Positions 9,832 through 18,082 of a DNA stretch of 64,000 nucleotides are shown here, piece after piece (the stretch's first letter is position 1; every line of letters begins with the position of its first letter). The stretch covers positions 114,860 to 178,859 of the forward strand of contig DRFQ01000001.1 in the NCBI GenBank assembly GCA_011050465.1, read 5' to 3'. A program made the position numbers and the translations under genes. The DNA comes from Candidatus Nealsonbacteria bacterium (GTDB taxonomy: Bacteria > Patescibacteriota > Minisyncoccia > Minisyncoccales > RBG-13-36-15). The notes beneath the pieces are model-generated. The model saw only the letters and a program-made list of their open reading frames with translations. It was not told the origin of the DNA and did not search any database.

Positions 9832-11079
9832 TTAAAAAAGGGTTTTTTGGCGAGATGAAAGTTTTTTTCCTTCCTCTCCAAAAATCTTAATTTTCCCGTA
9901 AACACCATCGTAACCAGGTTCAATTTGAATTTTTCCTCCCCTAACCTTTACGATGCCTTCGCCGATTTCAGGTAAAGTGGCGGCTCTAAGGTCTGATTCG
10001 GAAACTTCAAGTAAAATATTCAATTCGTTACCGAATTTTTTAATCAGATTATTATATTCTTGAATTCCTTGCTTTGTTCCGGGTGAAACGCCCAGGGCAT
10101 CGGCAATTATTTCTTCTAGAGGAATAAGGCTCTTGAAAGGAATTGCATTTTCTGGTTTAAATCCTGCTTTTCTGTCGGCCAACTGCTCAACTCGATTTAA
10201 AACCCCAATTGTTAAAGGTTTTCTGCAGTTCGGGCAAATATTATTATACTTTTTTGTTTCTTGGGGATGAATATTAACCTGACAGTTTCGATGACCATCG
10301 TAATGGTATTTTCCTTCTTGAGGAAAGAATTCAATTGTGTAAAGAAATTTTTGAGGGTTTCTGGATTTTATAGCCTCTATAATTGCAGGATAACTAATTT
10401 CGGTATCAAAAACATTTGCCTCCCGGCCTATTTTTGCCGGACTATGGCTGTCGCTATTTGAAATCAAGGTAATCTTGTCTAGGGCTGACAATCGCCAGTT
10501 CATTTCAGGGTCTGAAGACAATCCTGTTTCTAGGGCGAAAATATATTTTGAATATTCCTCGAAACACTCTTCAATTGAGTCAAAACCAGAACGAGAACCA
10601 AAGAGGCTAAACCAGGGCGTCCAAATATGTGCCGGCACTATGAAACAACTCTCTGATACATCTAGAACAATCTTCGCCAACTCTTTGGCGTCTAGACCCA
10701 GAATTGGCCGGCCATCGGATTTTAAATTACCGATCCAACCAAGATGAGTATTAATTTTTTCAACGGCCTCAAAGGAAGGAGCAAAAACTATAATATGAAT
10801 CTTCCGAACTCTTTCTTTTTTAGAATAGATGCAGCTAATTTCGGTAGTCAGAATAAATCTTGTTTCTGAATGATTAGTTTTTAGCCGAAATAAACTTTCT
10901 TCAGCCGGCTCCAGCTTCTCTTTTAAGTTTTTAAACCATTCAGGATGAGTGAAATCCCCTGTGCTTAAAACCCTAATTCCCTTTATCTTTGCCCACCTAT
11001 CTAGGTTCTCCAGGTCCATATTCTTGGAAGTGGCTCGAGAATATTTAGAATGAAGATGAAAATCAGCAATAAATTTCAT
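9832..11079 (-). CDS. PHP-domain nuclease, endonuclease-Q-like (TIGR00375-type)
   Basis: 415 aa; N-terminal 'ADFHLHSKYSRA' PHP metal-binding motif and C-terminal zinc finger 'CPNCRKPL'. Confidence 0.5.
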   Translation of the reverse strand: MKFIADFHLHSKYSRATSKNMDLENLDRWAKIKGIRVLSTGDFTHPEWFKNLKEKLEPAEESLFRLKTNHSETRFILTTEISCIYSKKERVRKIHIIVFAPSFEAVEKINTHLGWIGNLKSDGRPILGLDAKELAKIVLDVSESCFIVPAHIWTPWFSLFGSRSGFDSIEECFEEYSKYIFALETGLSSDPEMNWRLSALDKITLISNSDSHSPAKIGREANVFDTEISYPAIIEAIKSRNPQKFLYTIEFFPQEGKYHYDGHRNCQVNIHPQETKKYNNICPNCRKPLTIGVLNRVEQLADRKAGFKPENAIPFKSLIPLEEIIADALGVSPGTKQGIQEYNNLIKKFGNELNILLEVSESDLRAATLPEIGEGIVKVRGGKIQIEPGYDGVYGKIKIFGEEGKKLSSRQKTLF

Positions 11080-11080
11080 A

Positions 11081-11272
11081 CCCCGTAGGAAGTTAAATAT
11101 TTTCCGTTGTTATTATATTTAGACCCTCTAAACAATTTTCTAATCATAGTGATTGATATAAAAAGGTTTTTGGATAGAAAATATTTGAGTTTTTATATAT
11201 GCCTCGAAGAAACTTACTTTTTATATTCTGTCTCGTTTTATCGACGAAAACCTTCTGTTTTCCTGCGGGCAT
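11081..11272. mobile_element. MITE-like repeat, copy B (TIR CCCCGTAGGAAG ... TTCCTGCGGGC)
   Basis: Same ends and shared internal blocks as copy A (ccccgtaggaaRttaaatattttccgttgttat; cgacgaaaaccYtctgtttYcctRcgggcata). Again begins 2 bp after the ATG of the adjacent minus-strand gene; junction 'cataccccgtagga' identical in both copies. Confidence 0.6.
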
Positions 11273-11339
11273 ATTTTTCCCTCTTTCATTTATATCATTT
11301 CTTGCATTAAAAAGAAATAAATAAAACCCGTTTTAATAA

Positions 11340-11880
11340 CGGGCGGAGGAATAGCTTTGTTTGGTCTTCTTTAAGGCTCTTGGCTGCTTTTTCTCGTAAC
11401 TCTTTCTTCAAACCATCTTAGGCAAGTTAAAATTATAATCGCAAAAGGTAACAAAAATGGCGGTCCAGTAAAGTTTTACGGCTACGGCCACCCCAATGCC
11501 CGCAGCAACCCAAAGACCAGTAGTAGTGGTTAGGCCTTCAACATGAAATTGTCGATAGATAATTAGACCGGCCCCAATAAAACCCACCCCCAAGACAATT
11601 TAACCAATTATCCGCGAAGGATCAAAATTAACACCAGACTTATCCCAAAACATTGCAGAAGCTTAAAAAGCAACAATTACAAATAAAGCTGCGCCCAGAG
11701 AAACCAGACTATACGTTCTCAATCCGGCTTCTTTTCTTTTATACTCCCGCTCTAGTCCCACTAGAGCTCCAAGAAAAGCAGCAAGTAGTAATTGAAAAAC
11801 AATTTGAATTTAGGGATTTTCTAAAAACCCAGCCACATATTAAACACTAATTTTAATCACTAATTATCGCGAATAAATTA
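11340..11880 (-). pseudogene. Degraded MgtC/SapB-family gene
   Basis: Minus-strand translation gives 'DPSRIIG*IVLGVGFIGAGLIIYRQFHVEGLTTTTGLWVAAGIGVAVA', the conserved MgtC core, interrupted by an in-frame TAA and further stops upstream. Only 61-aa and 65-aa ORF fragments survive. Confidence 0.5.
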
Positions 11881-11922
11881 TCAGCAGTTACTCGTGATTG
11901 AAATCCGTGCTTCTATTAGTGA

Positions 11923-12183
11923 TTACACTTTATAAACCGAATAACCCTCTCGAATCTTTTGTTCCACCTTTAAGCCAACAGATTCTCCAGTTTTAGCCTC
12001 GTCGACTTTTTGGTGTTCAACTTCCATCGATTCAACGCTCTGAGTAAAATCAATTTCTCCGCCAACTATTCGGATGTTATCGCCAGCCTTTAAAGTATCG
12101 GAAAGTTTAATTACCGCTACTCCAATTTTTCCAAAATAGTGAGTAATTTTACCTATTAATTGGCCTTCAATTTTTTCTGGCAT
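11923..12183 (-). CDS. Hypothetical small beta-rich protein
   Basis: 86 aa ORF with plausible composition; no motif recognised. Confidence 0.4.
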   Translation of the reverse strand: MPEKIEGQLIGKITHYFGKIGVAVIKLSDTLKAGDNIRIVGGEIDFTQSVESMEVEHQKVDEAKTGESVGLKVEQKIREGYSVYKV

Positions 12184-12312
12184 ATTTTTTTTAAAAATTA
12201 GCTATTATCTCGTCGACCTCGGGCCTTGTTCTGGTGTTTCTCTTTGTCAATAAGTTTAATTAATTTTTTGACTAGTTTTTTAGGATCTTTCTCATAAATA
12301 TTTTTTTTACCG

Positions 12313-12370
12313 CCCCCGAAAAGGGCCAGTTATTGTTCACGAAAATCCTTGTGTCTTCCTACGAGGCATA
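12313..12370. repeat. Internally deleted/partial copy of the CCCCGTAGGAA MITE
   Basis: cccccgaaaagggccagttattgttcacgaaaatccttgtgtcttcctacgaggcata matches the 3' arm of copy A (cacgaaaaccctcttgtttcctacggggcata). Confidence 0.4.
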
Positions 12371-12632
12371 TTTCTAAAGATATATTAATATTTTTATTAT
12401 AACAAATGTAAAAAAAATAAATAGGCGTTAGATAACACCTACTTATTTTTGAGGGGGAGCAGTCTTAACAAACTCGGTTTGCGCCTTAGGCTGGACGGAC
12501 AATTAGCCAGGGATATCCTTGATAACCTCCTTCATTAAGTTCCGCCTGTCCTTTGAGAATAAAATCTCGCACCCCCTCAATTCTTTATCTTAGTTTTTTA
12601 AAAATATCTGTCAAGAAGTGTTAAAGGCTACC

Positions 12633-12654
12633 TTATCCACATTCTATCCACAGT
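12633..12654 (+). promoter_or_regulatory. Pair of DnaA-box-like 9-mers (TTATCCACA and cTATCCACA) in direct orientation
   Basis: ccttatccacattctatccacag: one perfect consensus DnaA box and one with a single mismatch, 12 bp apart, in a 500-bp non-coding AT-rich stretch. Confidence 0.3.
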
Positions 12655-12720
12655 TTTTTATAGGTGCTTGGAAATTGTATTCTCAGTAAGAATTTTCACC
12701 CCGCACCAGATGCTTTTTAA

Positions 12721-12790
12721 TTATTGTACCACGAGGGGAGTCGAACCCCTGTCTCAGGCTCCGGAGGGCTACATAGCACTTGTCCCGCAC
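12721..12790 (-). tRNA. tRNA-like 3' fragment / pseudo-tRNA
   Basis: Minus strand carries a canonical T-arm (AGGGG-TTCGACT-CCCCT) followed by the acceptor 3' strand CGTGGTA-C. No complementary 5' acceptor strand, D-arm or proper anticodon arm can be found upstream. Confidence 0.3.
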
Positions 12791-12801
12791 TAAATTTAAT
12801 G

Positions 12802-12875
<74 letters not shown>

Positions 12876-12973
12876 ATATTGGTGAGGGTATCCAATTAAG
12901 CTATAGGGACTCTTTTTTATTATACCTTAATGAAGTTATATTCAAAAAGGCCCTCAGATAGGTTGATGTTGTA

Positions 12974-13213
12974 TCATCTTCGGGCCCTTTGCCGCAGTAT
13001 TGCAGCAGCGGTTCGAGTGGCTTTACTGTAAGCCACGGGGGAAATCCAGAGCGATTCTTTGCTCCAAATCCTTGCACCATCCAATCTCATTCTGCCTGAT
13101 TCTCGAGGATTTCCGTCGATAAGTACAAAGATAATGCGTTTGCCTTCAGTTTCAATTATAACCCTTCGGGCTTTCCCATTCTCTCTATCTACACTTATAA
13201 CTTCCAGCTTCAA
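12974..13213 (-). CDS. Hypothetical small protein (TTG start with strong AAGGAG Shine-Dalgarno)
   Basis: 79 aa; 'aaaggagaacggaaTTG' RBS plus start. N-terminal half is protein-like (MKLEVISVDRENGKARRVIIETEGKRIIFVLIDG). The C-terminal tail lies in a GC-richer structured stretch, so the 3' boundary is uncertain. Confidence 0.35.
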   Translation of the reverse strand: MKLEVISVDRENGKARRVIIETEGKRIIFVLIDGNPRESGRMRLDGARIWSKESLWISPVAYSKATRTAAAILRQRARR

Positions 13214-13311
13214 TTCCGTTCTCCTTTCAGGATCTATATTGATAAGCTAATGAACTACTTTATTTTAGCTTATTTTTTGTTTTGTCAACCCCGTAGAATA
13301 ATTTCGAAAAA

Positions 13312-14073
13312 TTATATTCTTATTGAATGGGGCTCATTCGAAATTTCTCTGCGAGGCCAAGGTTTTTCCGCTATAAGATAAATATTAGTCAATTTTTCCT
13401 TTTTATTTTTCCTTTCTAAGATCCCGATTTCTTTTATTCGAAATCCTACTTTCTTGAAAAGTTTTTTTAGTTCTTTTTGGGTAAAAAAATGGAAATAACG
13501 CTGCGCTATTATTTTTTTATCTGAATTTTTCCAGGGATAAAATATATCTCTAAAATCCAGCTGAGATCTTCTTAAAAGTTTAAGAATTGTGGTTTCAATT
13601 AGTAATTTCCATGCTGTTTTTCTCTGCCATAGATTCCAAACAGTTAGAGCCAGAAGACCGCCAGGTCGTAAAGTCCTTTTTGCTTCTTTCAAAAATTGAA
13701 GGCGGAACTCAATTGATGGAATATGGTGTAAAACTGCGACACTATAGATTTTATCAAAACAATTATCGGGGAATGGTAAATTTAAGGCATCGGCTACCTG
13801 GAAATTCTTTTGTGGGTATTTTTCTTTGGCTATTTTAATTAATTTTTCTGAATTATCTATCCCAATATATTCTATGTCTTGATCTTCAAAAATCTGTAAA
13901 AGTCTGCCATTACCACAACCTAGGTCTAAAACCTTATCGCCTGGCGTTATATACTGAACTAACAGCTTTAATTCATCCCAAGCAAAAGAACGCGTCCTTG
14001 AAAAATCATCAGCAATTAAGCTATAATCTTCTTTAGTCTTATTTAAAATATATTTGGCATATTCTCTTTCCAT
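13312..14073 (-). CDS. Class I SAM-dependent methyltransferase
   Basis: 253 aa; 'VLDLGCGNGRL' motif I, 'YIGIDNS' and 'FDKIYSVAVLHHI' Methyltransf_11-like. Confidence 0.75.
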   Translation of the reverse strand: MEREYAKYILNKTKEDYSLIADDFSRTRSFAWDELKLLVQYITPGDKVLDLGCGNGRLLQIFEDQDIEYIGIDNSEKLIKIAKEKYPQKNFQVADALNLPFPDNCFDKIYSVAVLHHIPSIEFRLQFLKEAKRTLRPGGLLALTVWNLWQRKTAWKLLIETTILKLLRRSQLDFRDIFYPWKNSDKKIIAQRYFHFFTQKELKKLFKKVGFRIKEIGILERKNKKEKLTNIYLIAEKPWPRREISNEPHSIRI

Positions 14074-14075
14074 TT

Positions 14076-15845
14076 ATGAAGAAAAGTAAACTAGCCCCAA
14101 AGGACCGAGCACTCAACACTTTGAGTGCTCGGCCTACGAGGCAGGCAGTTAAAGAATTAATTAAAGCTCGAGTTAAAACTTTGGCCGATTTAGCTAAGGT
14201 GAAAAGAAAAATAGCTAAAAAATACAAAACATTCTGTCTGGCCAATGTTGAACTCTTGAAAGCATATCATAAATTACTGAAAGGCAAAAGGATAAAAGAG
14301 AATAAGATTTTAGAAGAATTACTGCGAATAAGAAGAGTGCGCTCTCTGTCCGGGATAGCGGTAATTTCTGTTTTAACCAAGCCTTATCCTTGCCCCGGCC
14401 ATTGCCTTTATTGTCCTACCCAAGATGGCATTCCAAAGAGCTATTTGGACAATGAACCGGCTGTAATGAGGGCAATTTTGAATAAATTTGATCCTTATCT
14501 CCAGGTTAAAACACGGCTTAAATCCCTAAAATTAACCGGCCACCCAACAGATAAAATTGAATTAATAGTCATTGGAGGAACTTGGTCATATTTACCGAGA
14601 AAATATCAAGCCTGGTTCGTTAAAAGGTGCTTTGATGCTTGCAATAAATATGTTTCAAAAAATTTAGAAAGAGCTCAAAAAATAAACGAGAGGGCAAAAC
14701 ATAGAATCATCGGTATTACATTAGAAACTCGGCCAGACTATATCAATAAAAAAGAAATTGAAAGAATGAGGAAACTCGGAGCAACCAGGGTGGAAATGGG
14801 AGTTCAAAGTCTTTATGATAATGTTTTAAAAATAAATCAGCGGGACCATAAAGTAGAAACAGTTATTAAGGCAACTAAGCTTTTAAAAGACGCTGGTTTT
14901 AAGATCTGCTACCATATGATGCCAAATCTTCCTGGCTCGGATTTAAAAAAAGACAAAAAAATGTTTCAAGAATTATTTTCGAACCCTGATTTTCAGCCAG
15001 ATCTTTTGAAAATTTATCCCTGTGTTGTCTTAAAAGAAGCTCAACTTTATAAGCTATGGCAAGTTGGGCAATATAAACCCTACAACATTCACCAATTAAT
15101 AAAGCTTTTAAAAAATATTAAAAAGAGAATTCCATACTATTGTCGGATTCAAAGGCTAATTAGAGATATTCCTTCTCAAAGTATTATTGCGGGCTGTAAG
15201 ACCTCTAATTTACGTCAGATCATCTTTAAAGATATGAAAAAAGAAGGCTGGAAATGCCGTTGTATAAGATGTAGAGAGATAAGAGAAGCATACGACCCAA
15301 AAACGAAACTTTATCTTTTTAGAAAAGATTATGATGCTTCCGGAGGAAAGGAGATTTTTTTAAGCTATGAAGAAAAAAACCGCAAAAAGCTTTATAGTCT
15401 TTTGCGGTTAAGAATTCCTTCCTGCGTTCCTCCTTCGTCAAAGACTACGGAAGGATACAGTAAAACTTCGGAGGGCAGGCCTTCTCAAAAACATTTTTTG
15501 CCGGTTTTACAAAATGCGGCCATTATCAGAGAAGTCCACACTTACGGCCAGCTTGTTCCGATTTCTGAAAGCAAAACCGCCCCTCAACACCGGGGCCTTG
15601 GCAAAAAGTTAATTAAAACAGCTGAAAAAATAGTTTACACTGAGTTTGGTCGAAGTGCTAAAAATGAATTTGGCTTTCGCCCCCACACCAAACGAAGACA
15701 GGACACCAAGATTAGTAAAATTAGTCCTCGTTATGGTGTGGTGGGGGTAAAAAAAATAGCAGTAATTTCTGGAGTAGGAGTAAGAAATTATTGGCGGAAA
15801 TTAGGCTATCAATTAGAAAACGATTATATGGTAAAAAATCTATAA
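14076..15845 (+). CDS. elp3: Elp3-family radical-SAM / GNAT acetyltransferase (tRNA wobble-uridine modification enzyme homologue)
   Basis: 589 aa; 'VISVLTKPYPCPGHCLYCPTQ' Elp3-type radical-SAM cysteine motif; 'TLETRPDYI' and 'RVEMGVQSL'; C-terminal GNAT 'IAVISGVGVRNYWRKLGY'. Confidence 0.75.
   Translation: MKKSKLAPKDRALNTLSARPTRQAVKELIKARVKTLADLAKVKRKIAKKYKTFCLANVELLKAYHKLLKGKRIKENKILEELLRIRRVRSLSGIAVISVLTKPYPCPGHCLYCPTQDGIPKSYLDNEPAVMRAILNKFDPYLQVKTRLKSLKLTGHPTDKIELIVIGGTWSYLPRKYQAWFVKRCFDACNKYVSKNLERAQKINERAKHRIIGITLETRPDYINKKEIERMRKLGATRVEMGVQSLYDNVLKINQRDHKVETVIKATKLLKDAGFKICYHMMPNLPGSDLKKDKKMFQELFSNPDFQPDLLKIYPCVVLKEAQLYKLWQVGQYKPYNIHQLIKLLKNIKKRIPYYCRIQRLIRDIPSQSIIAGCKTSNLRQIIFKDMKKEGWKCRCIRCREIREAYDPKTKLYLFRKDYDASGGKEIFLSYEEKNRKKLYSLLRLRIPSCVPPSSKTTEGYSKTSEGRPSQKHFLPVLQNAAIIREVHTYGQLVPISESKTAPQHRGLGKKLIKTAEKIVYTEFGRSAKNEFGFRPHTKRRQDTKISKISPRYGVVGVKKIAVISGVGVRNYWRKLGYQLENDYMVKNL
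15680..15747. repeat. In-frame palindromic insertion in elp3 (CCCCCACACCAAACGA ... TCGTTATGGTGTGGTGGGGG family)
   Basis: Inverted-repeat arms cccccacaccaaacgaag / ctcgttatggtgtggtggggg inside the GNAT domain add about 35 aa ('EFGFRPHTKRRQDTKISKISPRYGVVGV'). The same element family occurs intergenically at 34131-34207. Confidence 0.45.
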
Positions 15846-16382
15846 TCTTTTAAGCTTTCTAAAGTCTCTTTCTAAAATTTTTCTGAACTTTAAGAATCTT
15901 ATTCCTGCTGCCGGATGATAGACAATAAAATATTCTTTACCATCTTTTTGAAGCCATTTCCCGCGATAATCTTTCAGTTTTTTATTTTTAAAAAATATTG
16001 AAAAAGCAACTTCGCCAAACAAAATAAATTTTTGAGGATTAATAATGTGAATCTGCTCTTTTAAATAAGGCAGGCAGATTTGAATTTCTTTTTGAGTCGG
16101 CTTTCGATTTTTGGGCGGGAAGCATTTTACTGGCGAAGTTATGAAAACTTTTTCTCTCTCGATTTTTACTAACCTTAAGAGTTGGCTTAAAAGCTTACCC
16201 GCTCTTCCTATAAAAGGCCTTCCTGTCTTATTTTCTTCGGCTCCCGGAGCCTGACCAATTATCATAATTTTAGCATTTGCTGGACCTTCTCCCGGTACGG
16301 TGTTTCTCCTCGTTTTCCATAATAAACATTTTTTACAGTGAGAAATCTTTTTATGAAGTTTTTTTAGTTTGACTGTTTTCAT
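15840..16382 (-). CDS. Uracil-DNA glycosylase, family 4
   Basis: 180 aa; 'CKKCLLW...VPGEGPANAKIMIIGQAPG...GRPFIGRAGKLL' family-4 UDG motifs. Confidence 0.8.
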   Translation of the reverse strand: MKTVKLKKLHKKISHCKKCLLWKTRRNTVPGEGPANAKIMIIGQAPGAEENKTGRPFIGRAGKLLSQLLRLVKIEREKVFITSPVKCFPPKNRKPTQKEIQICLPYLKEQIHIINPQKFILFGEVAFSIFFKNKKLKDYRGKWLQKDGKEYFIVYHPAAGIRFLKFRKILERDFRKLKRL

Positions 16383-16540
16383 CTTTAACTCTTTACTGTG
16401 ATTAGTTCTTAAAAATTAAGTTTTTTATTTTCTTTTCTTCTGAACCTTGTTCCGTAATATCAATTTATATTTTACGGGACTCGGTGTCCGATAAGTTGAT
16501 TTGCCTTTTTTAGCTTTTTTAGATGAATAATTTTTCATAG

Positions 16541-16640
16541 CCTCACCCCCCGACCCCCGTGTTAGACACCTTCGGTTTCTAACGTTTTCGCCCCTCGCTT
16601 CACTCGGAGCGAAGGCCTGTTTTTCCACCACGGGGTGAGT
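16541..16640. repeat. GC-rich element with CTCACCCC / GGGGTGAG terminal inverted repeat
   Basis: cctcaccccccgacccccgtgttagacacc...ttctaac...ttttccaccacggggtgag; closely related to 25993-26106 (shared ccccgacccc, ttagacacc, ttctaac, ttttccNccacgggg). Overlaps the 3' end of the DUF763-like gene. Confidence 0.45.
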
Positions 16641-17790
16641 TAGTTAGTCTTTTTAAGGCATTGATTTTTTCTTTTGGGTTTACCTTGCTTCTTTTAATTC
16701 CTTTTTCCATGATTTCAAGGGTTCTATCGTAAATATCTCTCTCAATAAAATAGGGCGTGCCGTCTTTGCCGCCATGAGCAAAAGAATACCTGGCTGGATC
16801 ATCATAAGAGGGTCTTGCCCCATAAATGATTTCAGCAACCAAAGAGAGGGCCCTTATGGTTCTTGGACCGACTCCTTTTATTGATAAAAGCTCTTCGAAA
16901 CTTTGAGGATCTTGTTCTGTTGCAAGAAATATTGATTTTTTCAATCTTTTTAAATCAAATTTTTCCTGCAGTACCGGATGCCAATGAAATTCAATATTAT
17001 TTAATTCCATCTCAGTAAAATTACTTAACCTTCTTTTCTTCATGAAAGAATTTGATTTACTTAAAACACTTTTAAGGTCTTTAAAGAATCTCTTTGGTTC
17101 TTCTTTGACCAGGCTGGCGCTAATTTTTCGATTCTCATCACTCTCTTTAGCTGTAAGATTCAGCGGCTTAACTTTGACATCAGAAATAATTCCAGAATGA
17201 GGTTCTTCAATAAAATTATACTCTGAGCCTGCTAAAGGATCTTTAATGTTAGAAGATAACCAATGGTAACGTCTGGCCCGAGAAAGCTGTTCTGACATCC
17301 CTTGTTGGACCACTGCCCACTGACCGGATTTTGTAAAGATTAAATTGTGGTGGTAAAGCTGGAAACCATCTTGAAGAGCAGTATTGTCTACTTTAGCTGA
17401 CATTTTGGAAGCATACACTAATTCATCTATTTTCTCCAAAGGAAAGCCTAAAAACTCACCCCAATCCTGAATTTGCTCTGGAGTTTTTCTCGAAGTTTTT
17501 CCTTTACCACCACAGATAAAAAGGCCAAGCTCATTTTCTAACCCCCGAAGGCCCTCTTTTAAAGCTCCCATAGTAATTGTGGTTAAACCACTACTATTCC
17601 AATCAAAACCCAAAACACAGCCTAAGCTCTGGAACCAAACGGGATCAGACAGTCTTTTTAATAACTCTTCTGACCCGAATTCTTCAACAATGGCTAAGGC
17701 TATTCCCCGTCCTAACGTACGCATTCTTTCAAAAAGCCAAGGAGGACATCTTCCGTAATCCAATGGAACCGTGGCAATTCCTGTTCTCAT
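16600..17790 (-). CDS. DUF763-like protein with C-terminal helix-hairpin-helix
   Basis: 396 aa; N-terminal 'MRTGIATVPLDYGRCPPWLF' recalled as DUF763-like; 'LLSIKGVGPRTIRAL' HhH. Confidence 0.45.
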   Translation of the reverse strand: MRTGIATVPLDYGRCPPWLFERMRTLGRGIALAIVEEFGSEELLKRLSDPVWFQSLGCVLGFDWNSSGLTTITMGALKEGLRGLENELGLFICGGKGKTSRKTPEQIQDWGEFLGFPLEKIDELVYASKMSAKVDNTALQDGFQLYHHNLIFTKSGQWAVVQQGMSEQLSRARRYHWLSSNIKDPLAGSEYNFIEEPHSGIISDVKVKPLNLTAKESDENRKISASLVKEEPKRFFKDLKSVLSKSNSFMKKRRLSNFTEMELNNIEFHWHPVLQEKFDLKRLKKSIFLATEQDPQSFEELLSIKGVGPRTIRALSLVAEIIYGARPSYDDPARYSFAHGGKDGTPYFIERDIYDRTLEIMEKGIKRSKVNPKEKINALKRLTNSPRGGKTGLRSE

Positions 17791-17848
17791 GGTTCGATAT
17801 ACTCATTATGACCCCAAATTTATTGAAAGGTCATAATTTTATTGTATC

Positions 17849-17876
17849 AAAAAATCTGGTTCTTCAACCAGATTTT
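17849..17876 (-). terminator. Intrinsic terminator downstream of rtcB
   Basis: aaaaatctggttcttcaaccagattttt: perfect 10-bp stem, 4-nt loop, flanking T/A runs. Confidence 0.6.
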
Positions 17877-18082
17877 TAATTTGTTTTTTCTTTGTTCTCG
17901 GTGGATATGTTTAGAAACTTTTGATACAACTCATTTATTAATTCTTCCTGTTTTTTCAAACTTAAGACACTCCGGCGAATCCGGGCCTTTTCTCTGCGAA
18001 TAAATTTCCTGAGACTTTTTGGAAGTTTTTTTTGTTTCATAAATAAAAAAGTGATTTAACAATGTAGCAATTTAACAATTTT

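Noticed and set aside
8913-9923. Longer 336-aa form of the second HgdB-like gene
   Set aside because: It would overlap the EndoQ-like gene by about 90 nt. The internal ATG at 9827 gives a non-overlapping gene whose N-terminus aligns with its paralogue.
11653-11850. 65-aa plus-strand ORF
   Set aside because: Lies within and antisense to the MgtC pseudogene remnant.
12930-13260. tmRNA or RNase P RNA in the GC-richer stretch beside the tRNAs
   Set aside because: The partial match CTGATTCT does not extend into a tRNA-like domain. A TTG-initiated ORF with a strong AAGGAG Shine-Dalgarno explains the region better.
16425-16631. 68-aa ORF ending in a lysine-rich tail (ribosomal-protein-like?)
   Set aside because: No match to a known ribosomal protein. 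It overlaps the repeat at 16541-16640 and the 3' end of the DUF763-like gene.
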